The notes below the pieces were generated by a model. It saw only the letters and a list, made by a program, of their open reading frames with translations. It was not told the DNA's origin and made no database searches. A program made the position numbers and the translations under genes. DNA of 64,000 nt from Octopus vulgaris (Eukaryota), in assembly GCA_951406725.2 (NCBI GenBank), contig OX597826.1, positions 47,926,001-47,990,000 on the forward strand. Direction: 5' to 3'. This document shows, in pieces, positions 12,221 to 26,022 of this stretch; the first letter of the stretch is position 1; every line of letters begins with the position of its first letter.

Positions 12221-12468
12221 GTGGAGGCGCGTGGCTCAGTGGTTAGGGTGTCAGCACCATGATCGTAAGATTGTGGTTTCGATTCCTGGACCGGGTGACG
12301 TGTTGTGTTCATGAGCAAAGCACTTCATTTCACGTTGCCCCAGTCCACTCAGCTGGCAAAAATGAGTAACGCTGCGATGGACTTGGCGTCCCGTCCAGCT
12401 GGGGAACACACACGCTATAGAAACCGGGAAACCGGGCCCATGAGCCTGTCTAGGCTTTAACGGGCGCA
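12221..12468 (+). mobile_element. SINE family D
   Basis: Head GGCGCGTGGCTCAGTGGTTAGGG...GGTTTCGATTCC; core TTTCACGTTGCCCCAGTCCACTCAGCTG shared with 51447-51735 and 45800-46045. Confidence 0.85.
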
Positions 12469-12567
12469 TTTATATATATATATATGGTAAATGAAAGACA
12501 GGAGATGGAATATACGAGAATTTATTGTTAATCATGACAATTGTTTCGACACATCTAACATCTTCAT

Positions 12568-13835
12568 CATATTCACCAGACCTTGCACCAACTGGATATC
12601 ATGTTTTCCAGACATTAGACAACTTTTTGCAAGGAAAAAACTTCAAATCTGAAGGAGATGCAAAAACAGTCTTTTGTGATTTCTTATGCACCAAGTTTGA
12701 CAGTCGTTAACTCTAATGTTTTATCCTGACAATTCTTTGTTTTATAACATTGAAGAGTTACATTATCACTTTTCGAAATGCAATTCATAATGTCTGATTA
12801 TATTGTGAGTTTTCTCTTGCAAATCAATTTTAGTGAATCCTTGAATAGATAAAAAAAAAACTCATGTTGTTTATGAATATGAGTTCTGTCATGGAACCAA
12901 TGCATCCCAGACAGCTCAAAACATCAATGAAGTGTTTGGTGAAGATGTGGCGAATGAGCGCACTGTATGTCGATGATTTGAGAAGTTCTGGTCTGGTAAC
13001 TTTACTCTTGAAAAATCAGCCCCGTAATAGACCTGAGACCAAGGTAGATAATGATGAGCTGGAAACTGTAGTGGTAGTGGATACATCTCAGAAAGGTTTG
13101 ATGTTTCGATTCCAACTGTATCGAACCATCTGAAACAAATCGGCAAGGTAAAGAATCTGTACAAGTAGATACCACATGAACTGGACAAGCATCAAATACC
13201 ACGTAATCTGGATACTTGGTGTTCTTTGCTGTCACAGCATAAAAGTGAACCATTTTTGCATTGTATTGTTATGTGTGATGAAAAATGGATTCTTTTCAAC
13301 AATAGCAAGCATTTTGCATGGTGGTTGGATAGAGACAAAGTGACAAAACTCAATCCAAAAAAGTGTATTCACCCCAAAAAAGCTAATGGCGTCTGTTTGG
13401 CGGTCCAGTGCTGATGTCATCCACTACAGCCTCATGAGACCTGGTAAGTCAATTACAGTGGATGTATACATGGGATGATGAGTGAACTTGCAATTAAACA
13501 ATCGAGATTGGTCAATAGAGACAGGCCAATTCTCTTGCAAGACAATGCTCACCGCATGTTGCACAAAGAATGTTACTCAAGTCACAGGAACTGAATTTGG
13601 AAGTACTCTGTCATCCACCATATTCACCAGACCTTGCACCAACTGACTATTACGTTTTCTAGGCACTAGACAACTTTTTGCAACGAAAAAGCTTCAAATC
13701 TGAAGAAGATTCAAAAACAGCCTTTTGTGGTTTCATCACCTCTTGCTCTCCAGAATTCTTCGCTACTAGTATAAATAAGCTACCGATAAAATGGCAAAAT
13801 TGTGTTGATAATTTAGGTGCATGCTTTGATTACCT
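12568..13835 (+). mobile_element. Decayed mariner (DD34D) element with an extra C-terminal fragment upstream
   Basis: Frameshifted transposase at about 12840-13833: YEFCHGTNASQTAQNINEVFG, IPHEL, IVMCDEKWI, QDNA..H, HPPYSPDLAPTDY (34 residues D to D); second YSPDLAPT segment at 12568-12690; TIRs not resolved. Confidence 0.9.
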
Positions 13836-14029
13836 GCATTACTTCTTGTTGCGATATATATGCAGCAAGGATACATGATGCTGAATCTAATTCTCTGATT
13901 CTTTGTCACTAATACTATAATTACTATGTTTTGATACCAAAACAGTGGGGATAAGTTTGTAAAGCAGTATTTTCCTTACTTTATTTCATGTATATTGTTT
14001 TATGATGGTATTATACATACTGGTTATAC

Positions 14030-14245
14030 TGGTTTTAAATTTTGGCACAAAGCCAGCAATTTTGAGAGAAAGTCCAAGTCAATTACATCAACTGCAGTGG
14101 TTAATTGGTACCTATTTCATTTACCCCACAAGGCTGAAAGGCAAAGTTGACCTCGGTGGAATTTGAACTCAGAACATAAAGACAGACGAAATGAGGCTAA
14201 ACATTTTTGACCACTGAAGCAATGCTTCTGCCAGCTTGCAGCTTT
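14030..14245 (-). mobile_element. SINE family A, diverged
   Basis: GAAAGGCAAAGTTGACCTCGGTGGAATTTGAACTCAGAAC core. Confidence 0.8.
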
Positions 14246-15012
14246 ACTAGTCGTAATAAAACTTAAAAACTTAAAATTAACACTTAAAACAACTCCTACT
14301 TTAAAATATAACCATAAATGTCTATAAATGTACGTAAGTAATGCTTTGATTAAATAAATTCAATTACTCATAATCATTTTAATTAATCCTCAAATTAGTC
14401 AAGCTATTCATCTGCCTCTTCATAGCACTTCGAAACTAATCAAAAACTGTCAGTATTTCAATATCATCACAGCCATCCCCCTTCTCACAAATAACTTATG
14501 AAACTCTCCCTAAGCTGGCATATGGTAAACTACTTTAGAGATCTTTCATATGTGTATATGTGTATATATGTGTGTGTGTGTACATGTATGTATACTTATT
14601 TATGTATATCTCATTCTTTGATTGCGATGTATGAATTACAACACACTTCAGACCCCATGCAGAGTAATTTGCTTAATGCTCCAAACTTCCGCATATCACT
14701 GCATTTATGGCTGAAAGATGGAAATTATTGAGACATTTGATGAAAACAGAAAAAAAAAACAGAGAAAAATTAATAAAAATAATAATAATAATCTGATATG
14801 CATAGTTACTAATTTATGTAACATTGATATATAAAATTGCAATATGAAAGAACTTCCATATTTTAAATTTAGTATAAATCTTTTCTGAAGATATATTTAG
14901 AATACATAAAATAAACTCATTGCTAAGCATATATTTAGATAAAAAAGGAAAACAACTAACAGATATATATACATACAAATACACCTATGCACTCAGATTT
15001 ATTTGTATATAA

Positions 15013-15055
<43 letters not shown>

Positions 15056-15160
15056 TACATTATATATATATATACGTATATATATATCTGTATATATTTG
15101 TGTACATATGTACATATGTATATATGTATATATATGTATATATGTGTATATATATTTATA

Positions 15161-15194
<34 letters not shown>

Positions 15195-15343
15195 TCAACA
15201 CAATCCCTATTGATCGTTTTTTTTTCTTTCCTTTTTAAGATCCATTTTGATCGAAAACCTTCTTTTTTTCTCCCCAAAAAGAAAAGCTCTATTTTGTAAT
15301 TTGTCCCATCTGTGTTCAGCCCCGTGTGGCTAATAAAGAAACA

Positions 15344-15433
<90 letters not shown>

Positions 15434-15446
15434 CATCCATCCATCC

Positions 15447-15509
<63 letters not shown>

Positions 15510-15537
15510 CATCTATCTATCTATCTATCTATCTATA

Positions 15538-15842
15538 TCACGTGAACACGTGACCGACCAGACCATCAGATGTTGCTACACATCGCTGGTCACAATGCAT
15601 TCGCATTGTTTTAGCCTTCAAATGACGCCACCCCACTGGCTAAGCGAGTAGGCCAACAGAAGAAAGAGTGAGAGAAAGAGTGGTGAAATAGTACAGCAGG
15701 GATCACCATCCCCTGCCGGAGCCTCGTGGAGCTTTTAGGTGTTTTCGCTCAATAAACACTCACAACACCTGGTCTGGGAATTGAAACCGCGATCCTACAA
15801 TCGTGAGTCCGCTGCCCTAACAACTGGGCCATTGCGCCTCCA

Positions 15843-15843
<1 letters not shown>
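15538..15843 (-). mobile_element. SINE family C, tail X
   Basis: Matches 6038-6316 with an additional internal segment. Confidence 0.9.
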
Positions 15844-15879
<36 letters not shown>

Positions 15880-16211
15880 ATATATATATATATATATATA
15901 TCAACAATATCGAAGACACATATACAAAGTATGTGTTTTGTCAGTTCATGGCAAGACTGTGATTATAGGTGTAAGAGAATATGTTCTCATCATTTCCCCT
16001 GAGGCTAAAATACCTGGAAGACTTGTTTACAAATGCATATAGGTACATGCATACATATATGAACTAAATTTTAACCAGAGCTTATTATATTGTGTTCATA
16101 TATTTATATACCTTTAAGTATCAAATCTCATAATGCATGCATGCACACACACTCACACACACACACTCACACACACAAACATTTACATATATATGAATAT
16201 ATGTATATGGG

Positions 16212-16556
16212 CACTGGAGTGGCTGTGTGGTAAGTAGCTTGCTTACAAACCACATAGTTCTGTGTTCAGTCCCAATGAGTGGCACCTTGGACAGGTGTCT
16301 TCTACTATAGCCTCAGGCTGACCAAAGTCTTGTCAGTGGATTTGGTAGACAGAAAACTGCAAGAAGCCTATCGTATATATGTGTATGTGTGTGTGTGTGT
16401 ATATGTTTATGTGTCTGTGTTTGTCCCCCCACCATCGCTTGACAACCGACAGAATAAGTACTAGGCTTACAAAGAATAAGTCATGGGGTCAATTAGATTG
16501 ACTTAAGGCAGTACTCCAGCATGGCCACAGTCAAATGACTGAAACAAGTAAAAGAA
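16212..16556 (+). mobile_element. SINE family B
   Basis: GGAGTGGCTGTGTGGTAAGTAGCTTG head, internal (TG)n, end CCAGCATGGCCACAGTCAAATGACTGAAACAAGTAAAAG. Confidence 0.9.
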
Positions 16557-16912
16557 TATGTGTGAGAATATGTGTGTGTGAGTATATATATACACACACA
16601 AATATTTATATCAATGTGTATATGTATATGCATATTATATATGCCTTTATATTGTGTTTGATATACAGATGTTATGCGTATTTCTTGAAACTGTATATAA
16701 TCATTTATAAATTAGATATAAAAACTGAAATTATGCATATCAAATGGTATTTAAATTCAATAATAAGGAATGAATACATGCAATTATCCTATCAATATTT
16801 GCATATATTATAATATATTATATGTTTATATACATACAATCGGGTAACATACATACATCTATAAAGATATATCTGTATGTATATATATATATATGTATGT
16901 ATGTGTATTTAA

Positions 16913-17132
16913 CCCTTTAGCATTCAGATTATTCTGTAAAATGTAAAGCTTATGTATTCACACCATGTAAAATTAATCCTGCATCATTTCATGACTTTGA
17001 GATTTCAATGATGTGATTGTTTATTTTTAAAATGACACAATAAGGTAGCTATGAATGACCATATCTGACTAGTTTGGACATAAAATAGGTAGAATATTTT
17101 GGCCGGATATGGCCGGTTTAAACACTAAAGGG
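16913..17132. mobile_element. piggyBac-type MITE (about 220 bp)
   Basis: Left TTAA-CCCTTTAGCATT; right AACACTAAAGGG; right TTAA degenerate. Confidence 0.6.
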
Positions 17133-17375
17133 ATATATAAATATATGTATATATAGTTATCATGTAAGCACTTTAAATTTCTTTTAAAGCATTTTATTAC
17201 ATTTAAATTTCCATCTTACAAACTGATATGGGGGGCTGACAAAATTAACTTAATTAGCATCGAATAATGGTTTCATATTTCTTTTATAATTAAGATCTAA
17301 ACTGTTAATATATGAACGCGAAAGAGATAGCTGAATAACTTGTAAACCTACTTTTGGGCCACCCTGAATACATGT

Positions 17376-17406
<31 letters not shown>

Positions 17407-17919
17407 AATGATGCATCTGTTTACAATGATATGCTGCATGTTTCAACTTAAATCTTTACCTTTCTTTGCATACAATTATATTTTTGTGTATGCAAGTATG
17501 TGTATAAAAAAAGATAATGGTAATACACAGTGTGTATACAATCACACGAGGTAGAATAAATTAATAAGAGAAAAGAAATCTTTCCTAACTGGGTAAATTA
17601 AGTACATCGCGTTCTTATTATTGTAGTTTTTGTCATGTTCTTTTTTTTTTAAATGGTTTTTCTTTTTTCATTGATGAAATCTTTTTCCTTCAGTTGTCAT
17701 CAAATAGTTTCTCTCATTTTTTTTTGTTAGAATTTTATTTTAAAATTTAAGTGAAATAGAATTGCAAAAATATAATTTCAAAATAAAATTCTCACACCTC
17801 TTGTATATTCTTTTCCTTTTTGTTGTTTTCCTGTATATAAATGTACGATTTGTATCATATATATGTATGTGTGTGTGTGTGTATATTTATGTGTGTGTAT
17901 GTATATATTTATGTGTGTA

Positions 17920-17985
<66 letters not shown>

Positions 17986-18058
17986 TTATGTGTATGTGTG
18001 AGTGTTTATGTGTATGTATCTATATTAACAGAAAAATATAACCCTATTTTATTATTTT

Positions 18059-18090
<32 letters not shown>

Positions 18091-18790
18091 TATGAGAATC
18101 TATTCCATACTTGCAACAAATAATGGTTAAAATTTAAAGGATAAAAAGCAAAACAAAAGTCCTTCGGAAACATACTTTTTAAATTATGTTTTAAAATCTT
18201 TTCAAATACAAAGAAAATGACAGAGAGAAAAAGAGGGGGAGAAAAGAGTGAGGAGGGCTGGCGTGAGAAAAAGAAAATGAATGAGTGTGAAAAAGAATGA
18301 GAGAGAGAAAGAATGAAAAAGAAAGAAAAATGATTTAAATCATTACCAAATGACAGACAACAAAATTTTAAAATAAAATAAAATGAAATAAAATTGCTAT
18401 TGACCAAATTTAAAAAAGAAAAAAACTATATTTGTTTATTTGTTTATTGCTTATTTTTTATTTAATTTATCACCTCCACCTTTCCCTCCCACTCAATCCA
18501 TCTCCTTCCTCCTACACTTTCCTGCAAATATACAAATAATTGTGATCCAATCTTGGAAAGAGTAAAATTTAATTTTATAATATCATTTTTTATTCAAATT
18601 TATTCAAGGAATTATTTATTTATTATTTCATTATGGAAGCGAATGTTTTTGTTCCTTTTCTGTATTTTAATCATTTTTATTCATTTTCAATTTTTCTGAT
18701 TTTTATTTTGTTAAACCTAAATTCATTTCTTGTAAAATTTCTCTCTCTCTTTTGCTCTCTCTCTGTTTCTCACTACCTGTCTGTTTCCTC

Positions 18791-18851
<61 letters not shown>

Positions 18852-18982
18852 ATACATTGACACCCGCTTTCTCCCTCATTGCTTGTTTTCTCTGTTTCAC
18901 TTTCTCTATGTTTTCCTGTCTTTCACAATCTCATTCTCATTTCATTCCTTCTAGATTCTTCATACTATTCTTTCTTACTTGA

Positions 18983-19021
<39 letters not shown>

Positions 19022-19521
19022 TTCTCTCTCTCTCTCCATTTTATGCTCTACATACTTGCATGCATACACCCACACATACATATACATATATTTGTGTGCA
19101 TATATATATGTATATATACATATATACACACATATATATATGTATGTATATATACATATACATATATATGCATATATATATATATGTTGTTCCTACAACT
19201 GCATTCGTCTTTGTTTTTCTATAAATTTCAATATATATATATATATATATATATATACCAAGCAATTTCTTTCTCTCTCTCTCTCTCACTATGTATATAT
19301 ATATATATAACACTCTTTCTCACTATGTACCCATCCATCTGTAACTGTCTATCAATCTCCCACTTTCACTCTTCATGTTAGCTTTGAAATTTTTTTTTCT
19401 CTTCAATTTTTCTAATTGAAAACATCAATATCTGTTTAATGAGTTAAACGAAACAGAAGCATTATTAATAATCTCATATGACTGTGTACATATATGTACA
19501 CATACATACATACATACATAC

Positions 19522-19564
<43 letters not shown>

Positions 19565-19577
19565 TTGTGAATGTATG

Positions 19578-19609
<32 letters not shown>

Positions 19610-19626
19610 GATATATAGATATATAG

Positions 19627-19661
<35 letters not shown>

Positions 19662-20525
19662 TGTATGTATATATACATATAACCACACAAACACACACAT
19701 ATATGTATATATATTTATGCACATTGTGTATTTGTTACTGTTTTTTTTTTTTGCTTTGTTTACTTTTAGCATATTTCGCATAAACCCTTACTAAGGGCAT
19801 ATTTAGCACAAATAAACTCTTTGGTAAAGACAAATTTAGCTGAAAAATGCAAAATCTAAAAATTATTTACAGCAATAAATAAATTATTTGTTGTATTATT
19901 TTAAATGATTTGTTACACAATTAATTAGATATGTAGTATTTTAACAAGAAAAATATTTCTTGCAGGAAAACACATTAAATGAGTGTAGTAGTGTGTGCAT
20001 GTGTTTATGTGCATGTGTGTGTGTGTCTGTATGTATATGTGTGCATGTGTGAAAGTGTTTAAAATGTTTCCTTGTCTTTTCCTATATCCTACTCTATAAC
20101 AGCTACCCACATGTACACTCTCTCACAAAGCATTCAGCAAATGCAGGCAGACAGACACACAGAATATAACCATAGTTTATCAATGTCATTAAGGTAAACA
20201 AATTGAATATCCAGTCTAGAAAAAGTGCCATGCAGTGCACTAAATATAAAGTATCAAAATTTTAAACACAGACATTATTATATTGAAAGCACTTCAATGA
20301 AATTTCCAATTAGAACCAGATGTTTATGCATCAGTTTATGCATAAAATATGTATATACACACACATGCACACACACACACACACACGTATATATATATGT
20401 GTGTCTGTGTGTGTGTGTGTGCATATATATATATATATGTATACAAGGATATGTTGTAAGAAAGCTTGCTTTGCAACCATGTAGTTTTGGGTGCAGTCTC
20501 ACTGCACAGCATCTTGGGCAAGTGC

Positions 20526-22049
20526 ATTTGCCGGAATTTACCGGAATTTGCCGAGATTTACCGGAAATTGAAGGAATTTGCCGAAGACTACCGGAATTTT
20601 TCACAAAGATTGCCGGAGATTACTGGAGTTTACCGGAGATAGCCGGAGATTGACCCCAAAATTTTGAAAACTTTTTAGGGAATATTTTGAAAACTTTTTG
20701 GGAAAATTTCAAAAATTTTTGGGAAAATTTTCAAAAATTTTGGGGAATAATTTTCAAAAATTTTTGAGAAAAATTCTCAAAAACTTTTGGGATAAATTCT
20801 GAAAAATTTTTGGGAAAAATTTTCAAAAAGTTTTAGGAAAAATTTTCAAAAAGTTTTGGGAGAAATTTTCAAAAATCTTTGGGAGAAATTTTGAAAAATT
20901 TTTGGGAAAAATTTTGAAAATTTTTGATGAAAAGTTTTCGAAAGTTTTTGGTGAAAATTTTGAAAAATTTTGGGGAAAAATTTTCAAAAATTTTTGGGGA
21001 AAATTTTCAAACATTTTTGGGGAAAAAATTCCAAAAACATTTGGGAAAAGTTTTCAAAACTTTTTGATGAAAAATTTTCAAAAATTTTTGTGGAAAAATC
21101 TTCAAAACTTCATGGTGAAAATTTTCAAAAATTTTTAGGCAAAATTTTCAAAAATTGTTGAGAAAAATTTTCAAAAACTTTTGAGGGAAATATTCAAAAA
21201 TTTTTGGGAAAGATTTTCAAAAATTTTTGAGAACAATTTTCAATAATTTTGGGGTAAAAAATTTCAAATATTTTTGGGGAAAATTTTCAAAAACTTTAGG
21301 GGAAAAAATTTCAAAAATTATTGGGGAAAATTTTCAAAAAATTTTCTAAAAATGTTTTAGGAAATTTTCAACAATTTTTGCGAAAAGTTTTTGAGGAAAA
21401 TTTTCAAAAACTTTTGGGGAAAATTTTCAAAAAACTTTTGGGAAAATTTTGAAAAATTTTGGGGAAAAATTTTCCAAAACATTTTGTAAAAATGATTGCC
21501 GGAGATTCTCGGAAATTGCCGGAATTTGCCGGAGATTGCCGGACATTGCCGCAGTTTTCCGAAAATTGCCGGAGCTTGCTGGAATTTACCGGAATTTGCC
21601 GGAATTTACCAGAATTCAACGGAATTTACCGGAGTTTGCCGGAATTTGGCGGACATTACCGGAATATGCTGGAAATTGCCGGAAATTGCCGGAGAATGCC
21701 GGAGATTACCGGAGTTTATCGGAGATTGCCGGAGTTTGTCGGAATTTGGCGAAGATTACCGGAATTTGCCGGAATTTGCCGGAGATCACCGGAATTTGAC
21801 AGTATTTGCCGGAGATTACTGGAGATTGCCGGAGATTACCGAAGTTTGCCGGAGATTACCGGAAATATTCGGAGTTTGCCGGAATTTGCCGGAGGTTACC
21901 GGAGATTACCGGAGATTGCCGGAGAATGCCGGGGTTTGCCGGAGATTGCCGGAATTTGTCGGAGATTCCGGAGTTTGCCGGAGATACCCGGAGTTTGCCG
22001 GAGATTACCGGAGTTTGGGGAAGACTTTCAAAAATTTTTAGGGAAAATG
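20526..22049. repeat. Two-component minisatellite block: 10 bp GCCGGA(G/A)(A/T)TT arrays and 21-22 bp GAAAATTTTCAAAAATTTTTGG arrays
   Basis: CCGG array 20526-20652, A/T-tract array 20653-21492, CCGG array 21493-22017, short A/T unit 22018-22049. Confidence 0.95.
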
Positions 22050-22769
22050 CCCATGCACAAACACGCACGACTCATATATATATAGATAGGTAGATAGTTA
22101 GCTACATTGATAGATATATAGATAGATAGATAGACAGACAGACAGATAGATAGATATATAGGTAGATAGATAGATTGATTGATTGAAAAAGGTGTGTATG
22201 TATATTTCTGCTTTTGTTGTCCCCACATACCCTTGACAATGTATGTATCTGTAATTTAGTGGTTCAGCAAACGAAACCACTAGAATAAGTACCAAACTTG
22301 TAAAAAATTATAAAGTACTAGGATCGTTTTATTGGAAATGCTTCAGAGCAGAGCTCCAGCATGGTAATAGTCCTATGACTGAAAGAAATGAAAGATAGAA
22401 AAAATATCTTTGAATTGTTCCAACACATACTACATTTATATTAAATTTATTTCACAGTCTCTGTTGAACTTTTTCATCCTTTGAAGTTGATTTAAAATAT
22501 TAATTTTCTTTTGCAGAGAAATCAACATTTTTAATATTTGAAAGATGATTCAGCCTGTTTAAAGATAATATTATCTTAAGAATATGCACCAGTTTTGGGT
22601 GCTTCACTATTGAAGAAGACATGTTATGAAAACCAAAAGAGTCATGTCTCTGTATGTATAAAGTAAAAGAAATATAAAACTTCAACCAAAATCAAAGCCA
22701 TAATAAAGAGAAAATCTTCAAACTGGGTACCACATAAACAGATAAAAACCATTTTATGTGCATATCTAT

Positions 22770-22933
22770 AGGCGTAGGAGTGCCTGTGTGGTAAATAGCT
22801 TGTGTAAGTACTACATGGTTCCGGGTTCAGTCCCACTGCGTGGCACCTTGGGCAAGTGTCTTATACGATAGCCTCGGGCCAACCAAAGCCTTATGAGTGA
22901 ATTTGATAGACAGAAACTGAAAGAAGCCCATCG

Positions 22934-22976
<43 letters not shown>

Positions 22977-23205
22977 TTGTATGTGTGTGTGTATATGTTT
23001 GTGTGTCTGTATTTGTCACGCCAACATCGCTTGATAACTGATGGTGGTGTGTTTACGACCTCGTAACTTATCGGTTCGGCGAAAGAGACCGATAGGCTAA
23101 GTACTAGGCTTACAAAGAATAAGTCCTGGGGTTGATGTGCTTGATTAAATGCGGTGCTCCAGCATGGCCACAGTCAAATGACTGAAGCAAGTAAAAGAGT
23201 AAAAA
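22770..23205 (+). mobile_element. SINE family B, near full length
   Basis: Head, internal (TA)n/(TG)n and 3' end match young copies at 41512 and 45181. Confidence 0.9.
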
Positions 23206-23207
23206 AT

Positions 23208-23282
<75 letters not shown>

Positions 23283-23494
23283 TCAAAATGTGACCGCGTG
23301 TGTACCGTTGGCGATTTTTTTCCTCGGTCTTCCCTTCTTTGGATCTTTCCTTTTCCTATGTTTCTGATGAAGAGTTCCGGTCGAAACGTTAAACCCTCTT
23401 TCTTTCCTTCTTTCCTGAGCGTCCAATAATACTATACTTGTTCCACGTCCTCGCGTTGTTGTGTTTTCTCTTTGTGTTTTCATGTTTGGATTAG

Positions 23495-23497
<3 letters not shown>
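23283..23497 (+). mobile_element. Short interspersed repeat in (TA)n with a minimal hammerhead-like motif (Penelope pLTR-like)
   Basis: GTTT-CTGATGA-AGAGTTCCGGTC-GAAAC-GTT-AAAC at 23360-23394; related degenerate copy at about 3690-3850. Confidence 0.55.
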
Positions 23498-23548
<51 letters not shown>

Positions 23549-24142
23549 GCATGTGTGTGTGCATTTATATGTAGGTATATATATATATATATAAAGAATG
23601 AACCTGTGTCCACTTCAAGCACTACTTACTAGAGAATTGGATCTCCCTGTTTGCTAGTTAGACCACTTCAGGTCTATAAGAGTGGTTCTTCCTCTGGTTT
23701 AGAGGAAATAACACGTCTTCAATAACGTTTCATTGTTAACATGTTTTTCTCATTTTCCAAACGTTCTCTCACATCTGTATGTAGAAATTAAAAATTTTTC
23801 TCTTTTCATATAGAGTCTGACAAGCTGTCCTCAAGGCTTTGGCTTTGTGGATCTAAAACCTTGGGTGATTCTATGTCCAAGATATAAAACTTTGTTGTAA
23901 TATATATATATATAAAGTTATAAATGACAGAGATATAGTTTGATGAAATTTTATCTAACAATAAAAAAATTCTAATATCACAACAAATTGTTTCATAACC
24001 TAAAAACATGTAAATGACATGATTTGTAAGGGGACAGGAATTCAGCTTACCCATAGTGCAAACGACATAAGGTGTCAGCTTGTTCAACACAATGAAGGGC
24101 TAAATCCTGATGTTAAATCAAATGACAAATTAAATCTATATA

Positions 24143-24610
24143 CCTATTTCTTTATTGCCCACAAGGGGCTAAACATAGAGGGGACAAACAAGGAGAGACA
24201 AAAGGATTAAGTCGATTACATCGACCCCAGTGGGTAACTGGTACTTAATTTATCGACCCCCGAAAGAATGACAGGCAAAGTCGACCTCGGCGGAATTTGA
24301 ACTCAGAACGTAGCGGCAGACGAAATACCTATTTCTTTACTACCCACAAGGGACTAAACACAGAGAACAAACAAGGACAGACAAATGGATTAAGTTAATT
24401 ATATCGACCCCAGTGCGTAACTGGTGCTTATTTAATCGACCCCGAAAGGATAAAAGGCAAAGTCGACCTCGGCAGAATTTGAACTCAGAACGTAGCAGCA
24501 GACAAAATACTGCTAAGCATTTCGTCTGGGGTGCTAATGTTTCATTAGCAGACGAAATACCATTAGGCATTTCGCCTGGCGCACTAATGTTTCTGCCACC
24601 TCGCTGCCTT
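24143..24610 (-). mobile_element. SINE family A concatemer: two bodies plus a duplicated head
   Basis: Tail-to-hairpin junction at 24329/24330; flanking direct repeat AATCTATATAC. Confidence 0.9.
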
Positions 24611-25071
24611 TAATCTATATACATTAAATCTATATTCCATCACCACCACCACCACCACCACCATCACCATCACAACCACCACCATCACCATAACTGCAGG
24701 ACTGCTACTTTATGACAGGCTTCTGCACAGTTTCCAAGTACTCATAAAACTTCGATCTACCCAAGGCAATTATATAAGCTAGGTACCCAGTGTGCCACAC
24801 ACAATGAGAGCAAATACTGAACCACATAAATGCCAAGGGATCTTCTTAACAATTGCACTGCATGACCATGTTTTATACCTGTGTCTGCATCTCTGCCTCT
24901 GTCTCCAGCTTTCCCATTACATGTGCAGAGAAGTTCTACATTCTTTAAACAGCTTTGGTGCTTAGCATTCTAAAGTAACTCAACTTGCTAGTAATTGGTT
25001 GGAAATGATATGACAGTACTATCAAAGAAAAATAACCAATGTTTTAGGAAGGTTTTGTAAGGGATAAGGGA

Positions 25072-25154
<83 letters not shown>

Positions 25155-25824
25155 TTTTCTTGTTCTGTTTCTTGTAGAAGACAGAGAATCATTGCAATTT
25201 TAAACATGTTTGTTTCTTCGACAGCTAAATACGTGCTATCAATTAAAGATAGTAAAAAAAAAATACTGTTTAAATAATTAATTTTCAACTTTTCACAAAA
25301 GACAAAAAAAGAACTCAATTATAAGTGTTCCTTTTTAGTGAAAGGGTTGCGATTTGTTTGTTTGTTTGTTTGTTTACACATTTATTATTTTATTTTATAT
25401 ATATATATATATATACACATGTATATTTTTGTTTTGTACTTGGCTTTTATTTTAACTAAATCAGTGTCCTAAAATACATGTAAAGTTTCTCTGCAGATCC
25501 AAATCTATTTTTATTTCTCTAAAAAAAAAAAATTAAAATTACAATAAATTAAAATAAAAAAAATTTTTTAAATAAATGATAAAGTAAAATAAATTTTTAA
25601 AAATGAAGTAAAATAAAATAAAATGACAACAACAACAACAACCAAAGGTGATTGGTTAGTTTAAATATTTGACTGAAATGATTAGCCATCATCTCAAGTT
25701 TTAGCATTTGGAATTTGAAGATTCTTTGTTGGATAAAAGGAATGCCTGAAACTGAAATCATTCCATGTCAAAATGATTATTTTCCATTGGTGGAATACAC
25801 ACATTCTCTACTATTTTTCCCTGA

Positions 25825-25856
25825 ATTATTATTATCATTGTTATTTTTATTATCAC

Positions 25857-25916
<60 letters not shown>

Positions 25917-25984
25917 CATTATCATTTTATCATAATTATTATAGTTGTCTTTCATCATCATCATTATCATCATCATCATCATCA

Positions 25985-26022
<38 letters not shown>

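Noticed and set aside
17345-17370. CTTTTGGGCCACCCTG, a Tc1-like TIR end (similar orphan near 56480)
   Set aside because: No matching opposite TIR found, so element boundaries cannot be supported.
20653-21492. Regularly repeated 21-22 bp units resembling a CRISPR array
   Set aside because: No unique spacers, units are contiguous and degenerate, no cas genes, and the context is eukaryotic.
21449-22093. Long ORFs (up to 208 aa) with LPE/AGDCR/RNL repeats
   Set aside because: They are translations of the 10 bp satellite; all three plus frames are open with the same motifs, and there is no independent coding signal.
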